The notes under the pieces: generated by a model
The model's input: the letters and a program-made list of their open reading frames with translations, nothing else
Told to the model about the DNA's origin: nothing
Databases searched by the model: none
In this document: positions 1 to 7,705 of the stretch, piece after piece
How the letters are laid out: every line of letters begins with the position of its first letter
Numbering within the stretch: position 1 is the stretch's first letter
Source: Halodesulfovibrio marinisediminis DSM 17456
GTDB taxonomy: Bacteria; Desulfobacterota; Desulfovibrionia; Desulfovibrionales; Desulfovibrionaceae
DNA length: 24,000 nt
Assembly (NCBI RefSeq): GCF_900129975.1
Contig: NZ_FSRG01000007.1
Coordinates: 11,908 to 35,907 of the forward strand
Reading direction: 5' to 3'
Made by a program: the position numbers and the translations under genes

Positions 1-691
1 TTTCGAAGAGATTGATTGCCTCTTCGGGTGGGTTTGAAAAGTCTTCAATGTGCGGAATACATCCGCATACAGAATAGTTTGAAAATGTGGAGATTGCCTC
101 CATGTTTTCCTGCAGCATCGCCTGTGGTGTACGGTGTTCCTTGTTATTCACAAACACTATCCCTGCCGGTTGAACGCCTCGGTGATGCAACGCCTCAATG
201 GAAAGAAGCGTGTGGTTGATTGTGCCAAGTCCGGCTCGTGCTACGAGTATGGGCTTGATCCCGAACCGCTCGACGGCCATTTGCACCATGTCCGCCAACA
301 TGTGTGTACGGCTGAAAGGCACTAACAGTCCTCCAGCAGCTTCTACCACCAGGGTATTATTTTTACGTAAATATGCCAGTTTGCGTAAAAGGTCTTCCAC
401 TTCTACGCTGCTCTGTTCATCACGGGCAGCGTAGAATGGAGCCTTGGGAGCGTTAAAGCAGGCTCCAGTGGCATCGGCAGCAGTCTGATGCACTTCTGGA
501 CAATATTTAAGAACGAAGCTGGCGTCAGCGCCTGCATCGTTCGGGCTAAGGCAGCCTGTTTGCACTGGTTTCCAATAATAAGGCGTGTGCCCCGTTCTTA
601 TCAGGAACCGCATAAGCATCAGGGAAGCAACTGTCTTACCCACATCGGTATCTGTACCGACAACGAAAAATGACGGATTAGGTTCTGTCAT
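1..691 (-). CDS. bioD: dethiobiotin synthetase BioD (3-prime end runs off the window start)
   Basis: Missing from the ORF track because there is no stop before position 1. My minus-strand translation from the ATG at 691-689 reads MTEPNPSFFVVGTDTDVGKTVASLMLMRFL..YWKPVQTG..VVEAAGGLLVP..ARAGLGTINHTLLSIEAL. It contains the GTDTxVGKT P-loop and the EGAGG / LGxINH motifs typical of BioD. The start overlaps the bioF stop (678-680) by 14 nt. Confidence 0.85.
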   Translation of the reverse strand, partial: MTEPNPSFFVVGTDTDVGKTVASLMLMRFLIRTGHTPYYWKPVQTGCLSPNDAGADASFVLKYCPEVHQTAADATGACFNAPKAPFYAARDEQSSVEVEDLLRKLAYLRKNNTLVVEAAGGLLVPFSRTHMLADMVQMAVERFGIKPILVARAGLGTINHTLLSIEALHHRGVQPAGIVFVNNKEHRTPQAMLQENMEAISTFSNYSVCGCIPHIEDFSNPPEEAINLFE

Positions 692-1820
692 ACCACCCCC
701 TGATACTGTTGACGAATGTGTGTACGTCCTCAGTACTGTGCAAGGCTGTCATGCTTACTCGTATGACAGCTTTGTTCATTGGTACGGTCGGATAGCGCGA
801 TGCAAAAGCAAGCACACCGTCTTCCCGCATTTTTTCCGCAATTGTTGCGGCTTTCATTTCATCACTAATCTCAATGGAAACAATGTGCGCGTCACCTTGA
901 ATGGTGAATCCGGCACTCTGTAATTCAGTACGTAATAGTGTACTGACGTGTGCCAGATGTTCGCGCTCCGGTTCCATGTCCGGCAGTTTCCTGAGTAACG
1001 CAGCAGCTGCTGCTGCATGAGCTTCCGGCATCGCCGTGGAATAGATCACAGGCGATGAGAAGTTATGGAAAAATTCTTTGAAGCCCTTGGGCATCAATAT
1101 GAATGCTCCGAACATGCCGAGCGCTTTGCCGAAGGTGCCAACTGCAATGTCTGTGCAGCCGTGAGCGATGCCGGTACCGTTTGCCCCTAGCGCCCCGAAT
1201 GAATGTGCTTCGTCTATTATTCCGAAGAAATTGTACTTTCGGCGTAATATTTCAAAGGCGTGTGTGTCCAGCATGTCACCATCCATGCTGAAGAGAGATT
1301 CCGTGAGTACTACCGGAGAATCTGAATCAGTAGCAGCCAGCTTTCTATCAAGTTGCTTCAGATCGCTGTGGGCAAACCCTCGCAATGTACTTCCCGTTTG
1401 TGGAAGAGCCTGAGCCATACTTGCGTGGATTCGTTTGTCATAAAACAAAGTCTCAGCTGGGCTGCACAGTCCCCATATTATCGAAAGGTTAGCCTGATAT
1501 CCGCTCGGAAGAAACATCGCGTCCTCGTATCCGAAATACTCAGCAAATTGCCGCTCAACGTCTTCTGTGAACTTGCTGTGTCCAGTAACAAGACGGGAGG
1601 AAGTGCCAGAAGGGGCGTGTGTGGTAAAGCATTCCCTAAGCGTTTGTTGCCACTCGGAATTTTGTGACAATCCAAGATAGTCGTTTGAAGCAAAGTTTAT
1701 CAGCTCCTTCCCTTCAACCAACGCACGGCTACCGACCTGCTTCTCAACAGTGACAGGATCGCGGTACAAGCCGGAGTCTTTTCGAACGTTGATAGAGCGT
1801 CGTAGGCGTTCTGTAAGCAT
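678..1820 (-). CDS. bioF: 8-amino-7-oxononanoate synthase BioF (PLP-dependent)
   Basis: 380-aa ORF. The N-terminal region has GLYR and INFASNDYLGL as in the AONS/KBL family, and the PLP-lysine context is GTFGKALG. It lies between the FAS-like genes and bioD in the same operon. Confidence 0.9.
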   Translation of the reverse strand: MLTERLRRSINVRKDSGLYRDPVTVEKQVGSRALVEGKELINFASNDYLGLSQNSEWQQTLRECFTTHAPSGTSSRLVTGHSKFTEDVERQFAEYFGYEDAMFLPSGYQANLSIIWGLCSPAETLFYDKRIHASMAQALPQTGSTLRGFAHSDLKQLDRKLAATDSDSPVVLTESLFSMDGDMLDTHAFEILRRKYNFFGIIDEAHSFGALGANGTGIAHGCTDIAVGTFGKALGMFGAFILMPKGFKEFFHNFSSPVIYSTAMPEAHAAAAAALLRKLPDMEPEREHLAHVSTLLRTELQSAGFTIQGDAHIVSIEISDEMKAATIAEKMREDGVLAFASRYPTVPMNKAVIRVSMTALHSTEDVHTFVNSIRGWYDRT

Positions 1821-2239
1821 TGAAATAACTCTCTATAATGGGTTGTAAGGGAGTCTTTTGAAAACTGTTCACCAAACTCTGTACTTCCAAACAGGAAAGA
1901 TCCTTCTATGTGCAACTGCTGGCAAGTAAATGAGATATCATAGGCAGCTGTGGATTTAGTCATTGCCGTTTGTACAACGATGGTTGTGGCGCAGCCTGAA
2001 AATGTTTCTACAGGAAGCAGTGGGGACTGCTGGATAGAAAGCAAGAAGGCATGTCGGGAAAAGTTCATGCATTTTCTAAAATGTAGACCACCGGTTTGTG
2101 CCATCGCTTCAAGGGCAAGGTATGCAGGAGCGTCTACAAACTCTTTTTCAGCCGTGAGTGTTTCGGCTGCATAGTGCGTAATACTGTCCAACATGATGAA
2201 CCTGTCTACGTCAAAGTGGATGGTTTTGCTGTACTGCAT
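1700..2239 (-). CDS. FabZ/FabA-like hot-dog fold protein DH2 (keeps the LEAMAQ Glu motif, lacks the catalytic His motif)
   Basis: 179-aa ORF whose ATG (2239) directly abuts the KAS stop (2240-2242). DRFIMLDSI and YLALEAMAQTGGLH align by eye with E. coli FabZ FPFLLVDRV and [14 protein letters not shown]. The position of the FabZ His (HFPxxPxxPG) holds Ala. The last 121 nt overlap bioF in another frame. Confidence 0.7.
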   Translation of the reverse strand: MQYSKTIHFDVDRFIMLDSITHYAAETLTAEKEFVDAPAYLALEAMAQTGGLHFRKCMNFSRHAFLLSIQQSPLLPVETFSGCATTIVVQTAMTKSTAAYDISFTCQQLHIEGSFLFGSTEFGEQFSKDSLTTHYRELFQCLQNAYDALSTFEKTPACTAILSLLRSRSVAVRWLKGRS

Positions 2240-3457
2240 TTATGACCAGAGCCGCACTATTAGTGCGCTGTTTTGACCACCGAACCCGAAGTTTTCAAGC
2301 AGGATGTTTTTGCCTGAAAGTTGCGTTGATTTGGTAGTGAAGTTGATTTTGTCTGAGCAAGGCGATGTGAGGTTTCGCACTGGTGGTACAACGCCTTTGC
2401 TGAGTAATGTCAGAAGGACACTCAGCTCCACCGCACCTGATGCTGCGGTACAATGACCGACCCATGATTTAACCGCTGTGACACATGGCTGCTTCTCGTT
2501 GTGTGAATAGAAAATACGTTCAAGCATGGTTGCTTCCATTTGATCATTAAGTGGAGTGGAAGTGCCATGCGCCGCAATGAGATTGATATCCTCAGGCGTC
2601 ATCTCTGCTTCGCTAATTGCAGAACGTACAGCTTTTTCAGCATGAACTGCTTCAGGATGCGGTGCCGTCATAGTGTGAGCATCCATTGTTGCTCCGTAAC
2701 CACATATTTCAGCGATAATATGAGCCCCGCGTGCTTGTGCATGTTCTAGAGATTCTAAGATGAACATGGCACCACCTTCACCTGCGACAAAACCGCTACG
2801 TTCAGTATCAAAGGGACGGCACGCTTTGTTTGGATTGCCGCCTTTATTCCAGATTGCCTGTGCCTTTTTGTATGCAAGCATTCCGCCGTGGGAGATGCGG
2901 GAGTCACCGCCGCCTGCTAATGCAACGGTTAGGTATCCATCTTTGATTTTGCGGAATGCTTCGCCAATGGCTTGTGTAGACGCTGAGCAGGCAGTGCCGA
3001 TGGTGGAGTTTTCTCCATGAATATTGAGGAACTGACTGATGGCACTTGCTGCCGTGTTGGGCAGGTAGCGGAGCATCCACAGGGCAGCAAGGTCTACGCT
3101 GTCCATGTTGCCGTTCTCAATATTCGGGAAGTCGGAGCTGATATCGAAGTTAGGGCCGGTTCCGACAAAGAGGCCTGCATCATTCAGCACGTCAGTCGTT
3201 ACGCCGGAATTTTCAGCAGCACGGATGGCAGCAGCCAATGCAAGCTGTGCGCTCCGTGAAAGATACTTTTTGTTTTTCCATCGCCCGGTAGATGCGGTGA
3301 GATCAAAGCCTTGAACAGGACAATCCACGCACTCCTCAAAGTCATGAGAGGCTGCAAAAGCAGGCTTGTTTTGGCGCACTGCATCCATGATTTCTTCAGA
3401 AGTGCTACCTAATGAGGTAATGTACCCTGTGCCTGTTATGACGACTCGATTCCGCAT
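2240..3457 (-). CDS. beta-ketoacyl-(acyl-carrier-protein) synthase, FabF/KAS-II-like (Cys-His-His type)
   Basis: 405-aa ORF starting MRNRVVITGTG. Active-site Cys in GTACSAST, His in AHGTSTPLND, and Lys/His in KSWVGHCTAASG. The C-terminal NFGFGGQNSALIV is typical of elongating KAS enzymes. Confidence 0.9.
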   Translation of the reverse strand: MRNRVVITGTGYITSLGSTSEEIMDAVRQNKPAFAASHDFEECVDCPVQGFDLTASTGRWKNKKYLSRSAQLALAAAIRAAENSGVTTDVLNDAGLFVGTGPNFDISSDFPNIENGNMDSVDLAALWMLRYLPNTAASAISQFLNIHGENSTIGTACSASTQAIGEAFRKIKDGYLTVALAGGGDSRISHGGMLAYKKAQAIWNKGGNPNKACRPFDTERSGFVAGEGGAMFILESLEHAQARGAHIIAEICGYGATMDAHTMTAPHPEAVHAEKAVRSAISEAEMTPEDINLIAAHGTSTPLNDQMEATMLERIFYSHNEKQPCVTAVKSWVGHCTAASGAVELSVLLTLLSKGVVPPVRNLTSPCSDKINFTTKSTQLSGKNILLENFGFGGQNSALIVRLWS

Positions 3458-3468
3458 GGCGGTGTTCC

Positions 3469-3840
3469 CTAAGCGTGTTTTGCGTGTTCAACGTACGCAA
3501 CAATGTCGCGCACCTGCAGAACAGGCCCTTCGTTAATTGTGTGCAACATTTCATTCACACGGTCAGAAGAAAGGTGCGGGTACACGCTCAGAAGATGTGC
3601 TGTTGGCTCAAATCCTTTGTCTTCTGCTTCAGCCAAGTGCATACGGAAAGAGCGGAGGAATACTGTTTCATCATGAACAGAAACACCGCATTCTTTGGTC
3701 AGCCCTACGCCGTACTCCATCAGATCGATTGATTCTGTTGGAAGGTCGCGCAGAATATATGTTTCAAGGGTTACTTCTTCCGGTTCAACTTCAAGAACCT
3801 CAGTGATAACAGATTGTACCTGTTCGAAAATAGACATCAT
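3469..3840 (-). CDS. atypical acyl carrier protein-like protein (ACP core plus a roughly 45-aa C-terminal extension)
   Basis: 123-aa ORF. The N-terminal 75 aa resemble an ACP four-helix core (IFEQVQSVITEVLEVEPEEVTLETYILRDLPTESIDLMEY), with Ser in ESID where canonical ACP has DSLD. The RBS AAGGA overlaps the KR stop. The start could be either of the tandem ATGs at 3840 or 3837. Confidence 0.72.
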   Translation of the reverse strand: MMSIFEQVQSVITEVLEVEPEEVTLETYILRDLPTESIDLMEYGVGLTKECGVSVHDETVFLRSFRMHLAEAEDKGFEPTAHLLSVYPHLSSDRVNEMLHTINEGPVLQVRDIVAYVEHAKHA

Positions 3841-3846
3841 ATATCC

Positions 3847-4608
3847 TTACTTACAGGCGGTTAAACCGCCATCCATTGTAATAGTTGTGCCGTTAATCAT
3901 CCGTGCTTCGTCGCTGAGTAAAAAAGCTATGGTACAGGCTACTTCGTCCGGAGTAGCAGCACGTTTCGCAGGGATTCGTTTTATTGCTTGCGGGTTGTTT
4001 TCAATAAATGCGGTTCCTCTACCGCTCAGCACATAGCCAAGTCGCAATGAGCAGCTGGTAATGCCACGTCCACCAAGTTCAATGCCGAGATTTTGGTAAA
4101 TAGCCTCGCCAGCTTGTTTGGAAGCCGCATAAAATCCTTGTCCCGCGTTAGGGAGTGCTGCAGCCGTAGAAGAAATAAAAACACAGCGACCTGATCGTTT
4201 CGCCAGCATCATTCTAGAAATATGTCGTAGGCAAATAGCTCGGCCCGAAATGTTGGTCTCCATGTACTTGGCAATGTCCGTAGCATCTGCGCCAGCAACA
4301 AATGCTTCGAAGTCACTCTGCATGCAGTCTACAAGGTAGTCCGGTGAATCGATTTTTCCCAAAGCTGTATCAATCGCTTCCCCAGATTGTGTTGCAACGT
4401 CGTGAGCAATCTTTTCCATGTTGATTTTAACAACTGTTGCGGTGGGGAACGCTGTCTTTAAACGTGCTAAGCCGTTATTCGAGCAAGCAGAAAGGGTGAG
4501 TCGAAGGCCCGCATCGGATAATCGTCGGGCTATAGCCATTCCCAAGTCGGAGGATGCACCCAAGATACATGCATGTTCGCCGGAAAGGCGCATAGAAAGA
4601 TTATGCAT
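3847..4608 (-). CDS. short-chain dehydrogenase/reductase, 3-oxoacyl-ACP reductase (FabG)-like
   Basis: The ORF extends to 4632. I prefer the ATG at 4608 (MHNLSMRLSGEHACILGASSDLG) because GAAGGAGAAGG sits just upstream. Glycine-rich dinucleotide motif GASSDLGMAIA; catalytic Ser and YAASK. The start overlaps the DH1 stop (4601-4603) by 8 nt. Confidence 0.85.
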   Translation of the reverse strand: MHNLSMRLSGEHACILGASSDLGMAIARRLSDAGLRLTLSACSNNGLARLKTAFPTATVVKINMEKIAHDVATQSGEAIDTALGKIDSPDYLVDCMQSDFEAFVAGADATDIAKYMETNISGRAICLRHISRMMLAKRSGRCVFISSTAAALPNAGQGFYAASKQAGEAIYQNLGIELGGRGITSCSLRLGYVLSGRGTAFIENNPQAIKRIPAKRAATPDEVACTIAFLLSDEARMINGTTITMDGGLTACK

Positions 4609-4909
4609 CGCCTTCTCCTTCAACATGGACAAGAATACGACCAGTTACAGCCTTCACCTCATCTTTAAACAGCGTACAAGTAAATCCGAACGGCCTTGGT
4701 TCAATGGAATACGCATACGTGTCCGGCGTTACAAATGATTTGAAGCGAAACTTGCTCACGCTTAACACCGCGTTCGGCATGTTTTCTCGCAATACGCTCA
4801 CAAAGCTATGGATGATCAGCGTACCCGGAATAATAGGGCTATCCGGAAAGTGATCTTTCAGTGCCGATTCGTCGGCAGGGAATGTAAATGTACCAGTAAG
4901 TAGGGTCAT
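4601..4909 (-). CDS. truncated FabZ-like hot-dog protein DH1 (keeps the His motif; the Glu position holds His)
   Basis: The ORF extends to 4978, but the ATG at 4909 has GGAGG 8 nt upstream, giving 102 aa. DHFPDSPIIPGTLIIHSFVSVL aligns by eye with E. coli FabZ [22 protein letters not shown], and VSKFRFKSFVTPDT aligns with IDEARFKRPVVPGD. Confidence 0.7.
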   Translation of the reverse strand: MTLLTGTFTFPADESALKDHFPDSPIIPGTLIIHSFVSVLRENMPNAVLSVSKFRFKSFVTPDTYAYSIEPRPFGFTCTLFKDEVKAVTGRILVHVEGEGDA

Positions 4910-4911
4910 AC

Positions 4912-5219
4912 TTTTTGCCTCCGGCGGCTGGGGAAAACCTTTTTTGCAAAAAAGGTTCTTCCCCATACCCCTTTCCAAAAAACTTTATTAGCGAAGTGGG
5001 GAAGGGAGCATATGTCCTTTGGGGCTTAATTGTTATGGCGACGTAAATAAAAATGTACTGAAATTGCGTCTGATTTTAAGTGGTTGTTGTTTGCTCGTAA
5101 TCTGTTGGGCATAAGTCATTAAAGTAAGCTAGTGACGGATTGGATTCGCTAATAAAAGTTTTAGGAGAGTCCAGAGAAGCCCTTTTACAAAAGGGTTCTC
5201 TGGCCGCCGGAGGCAAAAA
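4912..5219. repeat. 308-bp non-coding element bounded by perfect 17-bp terminal inverted repeats with subterminal hairpins (MITE-like)
   Basis: TTTTTGCCTCCGGCGGC at 4912-4928 is the exact reverse complement of GCCGCCGGAGGCAAAAA at 5203-5219. Just inside each end is a long near-perfect hairpin, at 4930-4964 (GGGGAAAACCTTTTTTGCAAAAAAGGTTCTTCCCC) and 5171-5203 (CCAGAGAAGCCCTTTTACAAAAGGGTTCTCTGG). Both have the same architecture and one bulged C. There is no ORF inside. Confidence 0.55.
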
Positions 5220-5221
5220 AA

Positions 5222-6577
5222 CTATTCAGTAACAGCTTTAATGGCTTCAGTTGTCGCGTTGCAGAGCAGATCGATTTCGCTGAGCGTGATGCTGAGCGGC
5301 GGCATAAGCACAACAACATCGCCAAGGTTACGGATGATTACGCCGTGCTTGCGCGCTTCTATACAGACTTTGTGTCCGATCTTCGTTGCCGTCTCGAACG
5401 GTTCTTTGGTTTCTTTGTTTTGCACCAGCTCAATACCAGTCATGATACCGTGGTTGCGGATTTCGCCAACGTGTTCGAGTTCTAACATGGTAGCCAGTCT
5501 GTTTTGCAGATGGGCAATTTTAGGCTGAAGCTTTTCCATGACATTGTTGTCCTCGAAATAGTCGAGGTTGGCGATGGCAGCTGCACAGGCAAGCGGGTTA
5601 CCTGTGTAGGTGTGGCCATGGAAGAATGTTTTAAACTCTTCGTGCTTGCCGAGGAATCCGTTGTAAATTTCTTCTGACGCTACGGTGGCTGCTAATGGCA
5701 GGTATCCGGCACTGATGCCTTTTGCGAGGCAGATGATGTCTGGCGTAACGTTTTCTTGCTCACAGGCGAACATGGTTCCGGTTTTGCCAAATCCAACAGC
5801 TACTTCGTCTGCAATGAGGATGACATTGTGACGTGTACAGAGATCGCGGACATGGGTGAGGTAGCCTTCCGGGTGCATGATCTGACCTGCTGCGCCCTGT
5901 ACAAGCGGCTCGATAACGAAAGCTGCAGCTGTGCTGCCGTGCTGTTCGAGTACGTCTTCTACATGTTGGAAGCAGTCACGGTTGCAGTTTGCTTTTTCTT
6001 TGCCGAACGGGCAGCGGTAACAGTACGGCGTGGTGACTTTTTCACCTTGGAAGAGCAGATGCTTGTAGGTTGCGTGGAATAAGTCCATACCACCTACAGC
6101 TACAGAACCGATGGTGTCACCGTGGTAAGCGTTCTGCATGGAGATAAATTTGGTGCGGTTCGGGTCACCTTTTTCAGCCTGCTGCTGGAACTGGAATGCG
6201 ATTTTGAGCGCAACTTCCACGGCGGTTGAGCCGCTGTCGGAGTAGAACACACGGGTCAGTCCATCCGGTAGGATGTCTACAAGACGTTTTGCCAGCTCTG
6301 TTGCAGGAACACTTGCAAGACCAAGCATCGTAGTGTGGGCGATTTTGGTTAGCTGTTCCTGTACGGCTTTGTCGATTTCCAGTACGCAGTGGCCGTGTAC
6401 GTTTGTCCACAGGGAGGATACTCCGTCTAAGTAGCGGTTTCCTTCGGTGTCGATGAGCCAGTTATCTTTACCGCTTTCAATAATGAGTTGATCGTTCTGA
6501 ACCCATTCTGCCATTTGAGTGAACGGGTGCCATACGTTGGTGCGGTCGATATGCTGTAATTCTTGAGTTGTGCTCAT
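5222..6577 (-). CDS. bioA: adenosylmethionine-8-amino-7-oxononanoate aminotransferase BioA
   Basis: 451-aa ORF with VWHPFTQM near the N-terminus, and class-III aminotransferase features (DEVAVGFGKTG with the PLP Lys). The RBS GGAG immediately follows the bioB stop. Confidence 0.93.
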   Translation of the reverse strand: MSTTQELQHIDRTNVWHPFTQMAEWVQNDQLIIESGKDNWLIDTEGNRYLDGVSSLWTNVHGHCVLEIDKAVQEQLTKIAHTTMLGLASVPATELAKRLVDILPDGLTRVFYSDSGSTAVEVALKIAFQFQQQAEKGDPNRTKFISMQNAYHGDTIGSVAVGGMDLFHATYKHLLFQGEKVTTPYCYRCPFGKEKANCNRDCFQHVEDVLEQHGSTAAAFVIEPLVQGAAGQIMHPEGYLTHVRDLCTRHNVILIADEVAVGFGKTGTMFACEQENVTPDIICLAKGISAGYLPLAATVASEEIYNGFLGKHEEFKTFFHGHTYTGNPLACAAAIANLDYFEDNNVMEKLQPKIAHLQNRLATMLELEHVGEIRNHGIMTGIELVQNKETKEPFETATKIGHKVCIEARKHGVIIRNLGDVVVLMPPLSITLSEIDLLCNATTEAIKAVTE

Positions 6578-6586
6578 GTGTGCTCC

Positions 6587-7567
6587 TTATAAAACGCCCA
6601 TGCTGGTAAGCATGTTGATGTCGTCTGCCATGTTGCGTCCGCTTGTGGTTAGGTAGTTGCCGATCATGAGACCGTTGGCTCCTGCCATAGGGATGAGTGG
6701 TTGAAATTCGCCGAGTGTGTTTTCGCGTCCGCCTGCAATCAGAATGTCCTGTGTAGGAAGAATGAAGCGATAGACTGCAATGGCGCGAAGTGCTTCTGAT
6801 GGTGCAAGAAGCGGCTGGTTTTCAAGACGGGTACCTTTGACCGGAGTAAGGAAGTTCATCGGGATAGAAGGTACGCCGAGGTCACGCAGGGTACAGGCGA
6901 GTTCAACTCGTTGGTTGCGGTTTTCGCCAAGACCTAATATGCCGCCGGAGCAGACACGAAAACCGACATTAAGCGCGTTTTGTACGGATGCGATATCCTC
7001 ATCATATTCGTGTGTGGTGCAGATGGTAGAGAAGTGCGAACGGGCAGTCTCAAGGTTATGATGGTAACTGGAGAAACCTGCCTGACGTAATCGTTCTGCC
7101 ATATCTGGTGAAAGTTGGCCGAGAGAACCACATACTTTGATGCTGGTCTGGGTGGTAATGGCAAGTGCTGCTTCGCAGACGGTGTCCAGCTCTTTATCAG
7201 AAAGAGCCATGCCGCTGGTAACAATGCCGTACCGTTGTGCGCCGCCTGCTTCTAGTTCTTTTGCACGGGCGAGTAATGTTTCTGGAGCGATCAGTGGATA
7301 AATGGGCGCACCCGTGTCATGGTACTTAGACTGTGAACAGAAGGAACAGTTCTCGCTGCATTTACCTGATTTGGCGTTTACAATACCACAGGTGAATGTC
7401 GCGTTGGTTGTCACAGTAGAGCGGATACGCTGTGCACCTGCAAGAAGATCAAGCGTTGCGCTTTCCGGAAGATTTATCAGCAGTTCAGCATCAGTACGGC
7501 TGATACCTTTTCCTGACTGGACAACCTCTTCGCACAGGGCGTACACAGTTGAAGCACTAGTGGTCAT
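6587..7567 (-). CDS. bioB: biotin synthase BioB (radical SAM)
   Basis: 326-aa ORF with the radical-SAM CxxxCxxC motif (CSENCSFCSQ). YNHNLET-like SYHHNLET and overall BioB length. First gene of the minus-strand bio operon. Confidence 0.93.
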   Translation of the reverse strand: MTTSASTVYALCEEVVQSGKGISRTDAELLINLPESATLDLLAGAQRIRSTVTTNATFTCGIVNAKSGKCSENCSFCSQSKYHDTGAPIYPLIAPETLLARAKELEAGGAQRYGIVTSGMALSDKELDTVCEAALAITTQTSIKVCGSLGQLSPDMAERLRQAGFSSYHHNLETARSHFSTICTTHEYDEDIASVQNALNVGFRVCSGGILGLGENRNQRVELACTLRDLGVPSIPMNFLTPVKGTRLENQPLLAPSEALRAIAVYRFILPTQDILIAGGRENTLGEFQPLIPMAGANGLMIGNYLTTSGRNMADDINMLTSMGVL

Positions 7568-7705
7568 ATGATTTCTCTGAAATAAATGAGTATATTATCC
7601 GGCAATCAGCAGGGAAGCTTTTCCCGTGAACCTGCGTTGGTAGTGATTCGCAGGGCTGGATATTCAATGTTGTTGTTCAGGAAGAACTAGCTGAGAGTAC
7701 TACTA

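Noticed and set aside
16-434. Three overlapping plus-strand ORFs (63-78 aa) at the window start, plus 488-923
   Set aside because: The minus strand here encodes BioD and the BioF C-terminus, with clear family motifs. The plus-strand ORFs have no motifs or RBS.
4910-4978. N-terminal extension of the DH1 ORF (MERGMGKNLFCKKGFPQPPEAKS)
   Set aside because: These codons are a read-through of the terminal inverted repeat and hairpin of the 308-bp element. The internal ATG at 4909 has a proper GGAGG, and the FabZ-like homology begins there.
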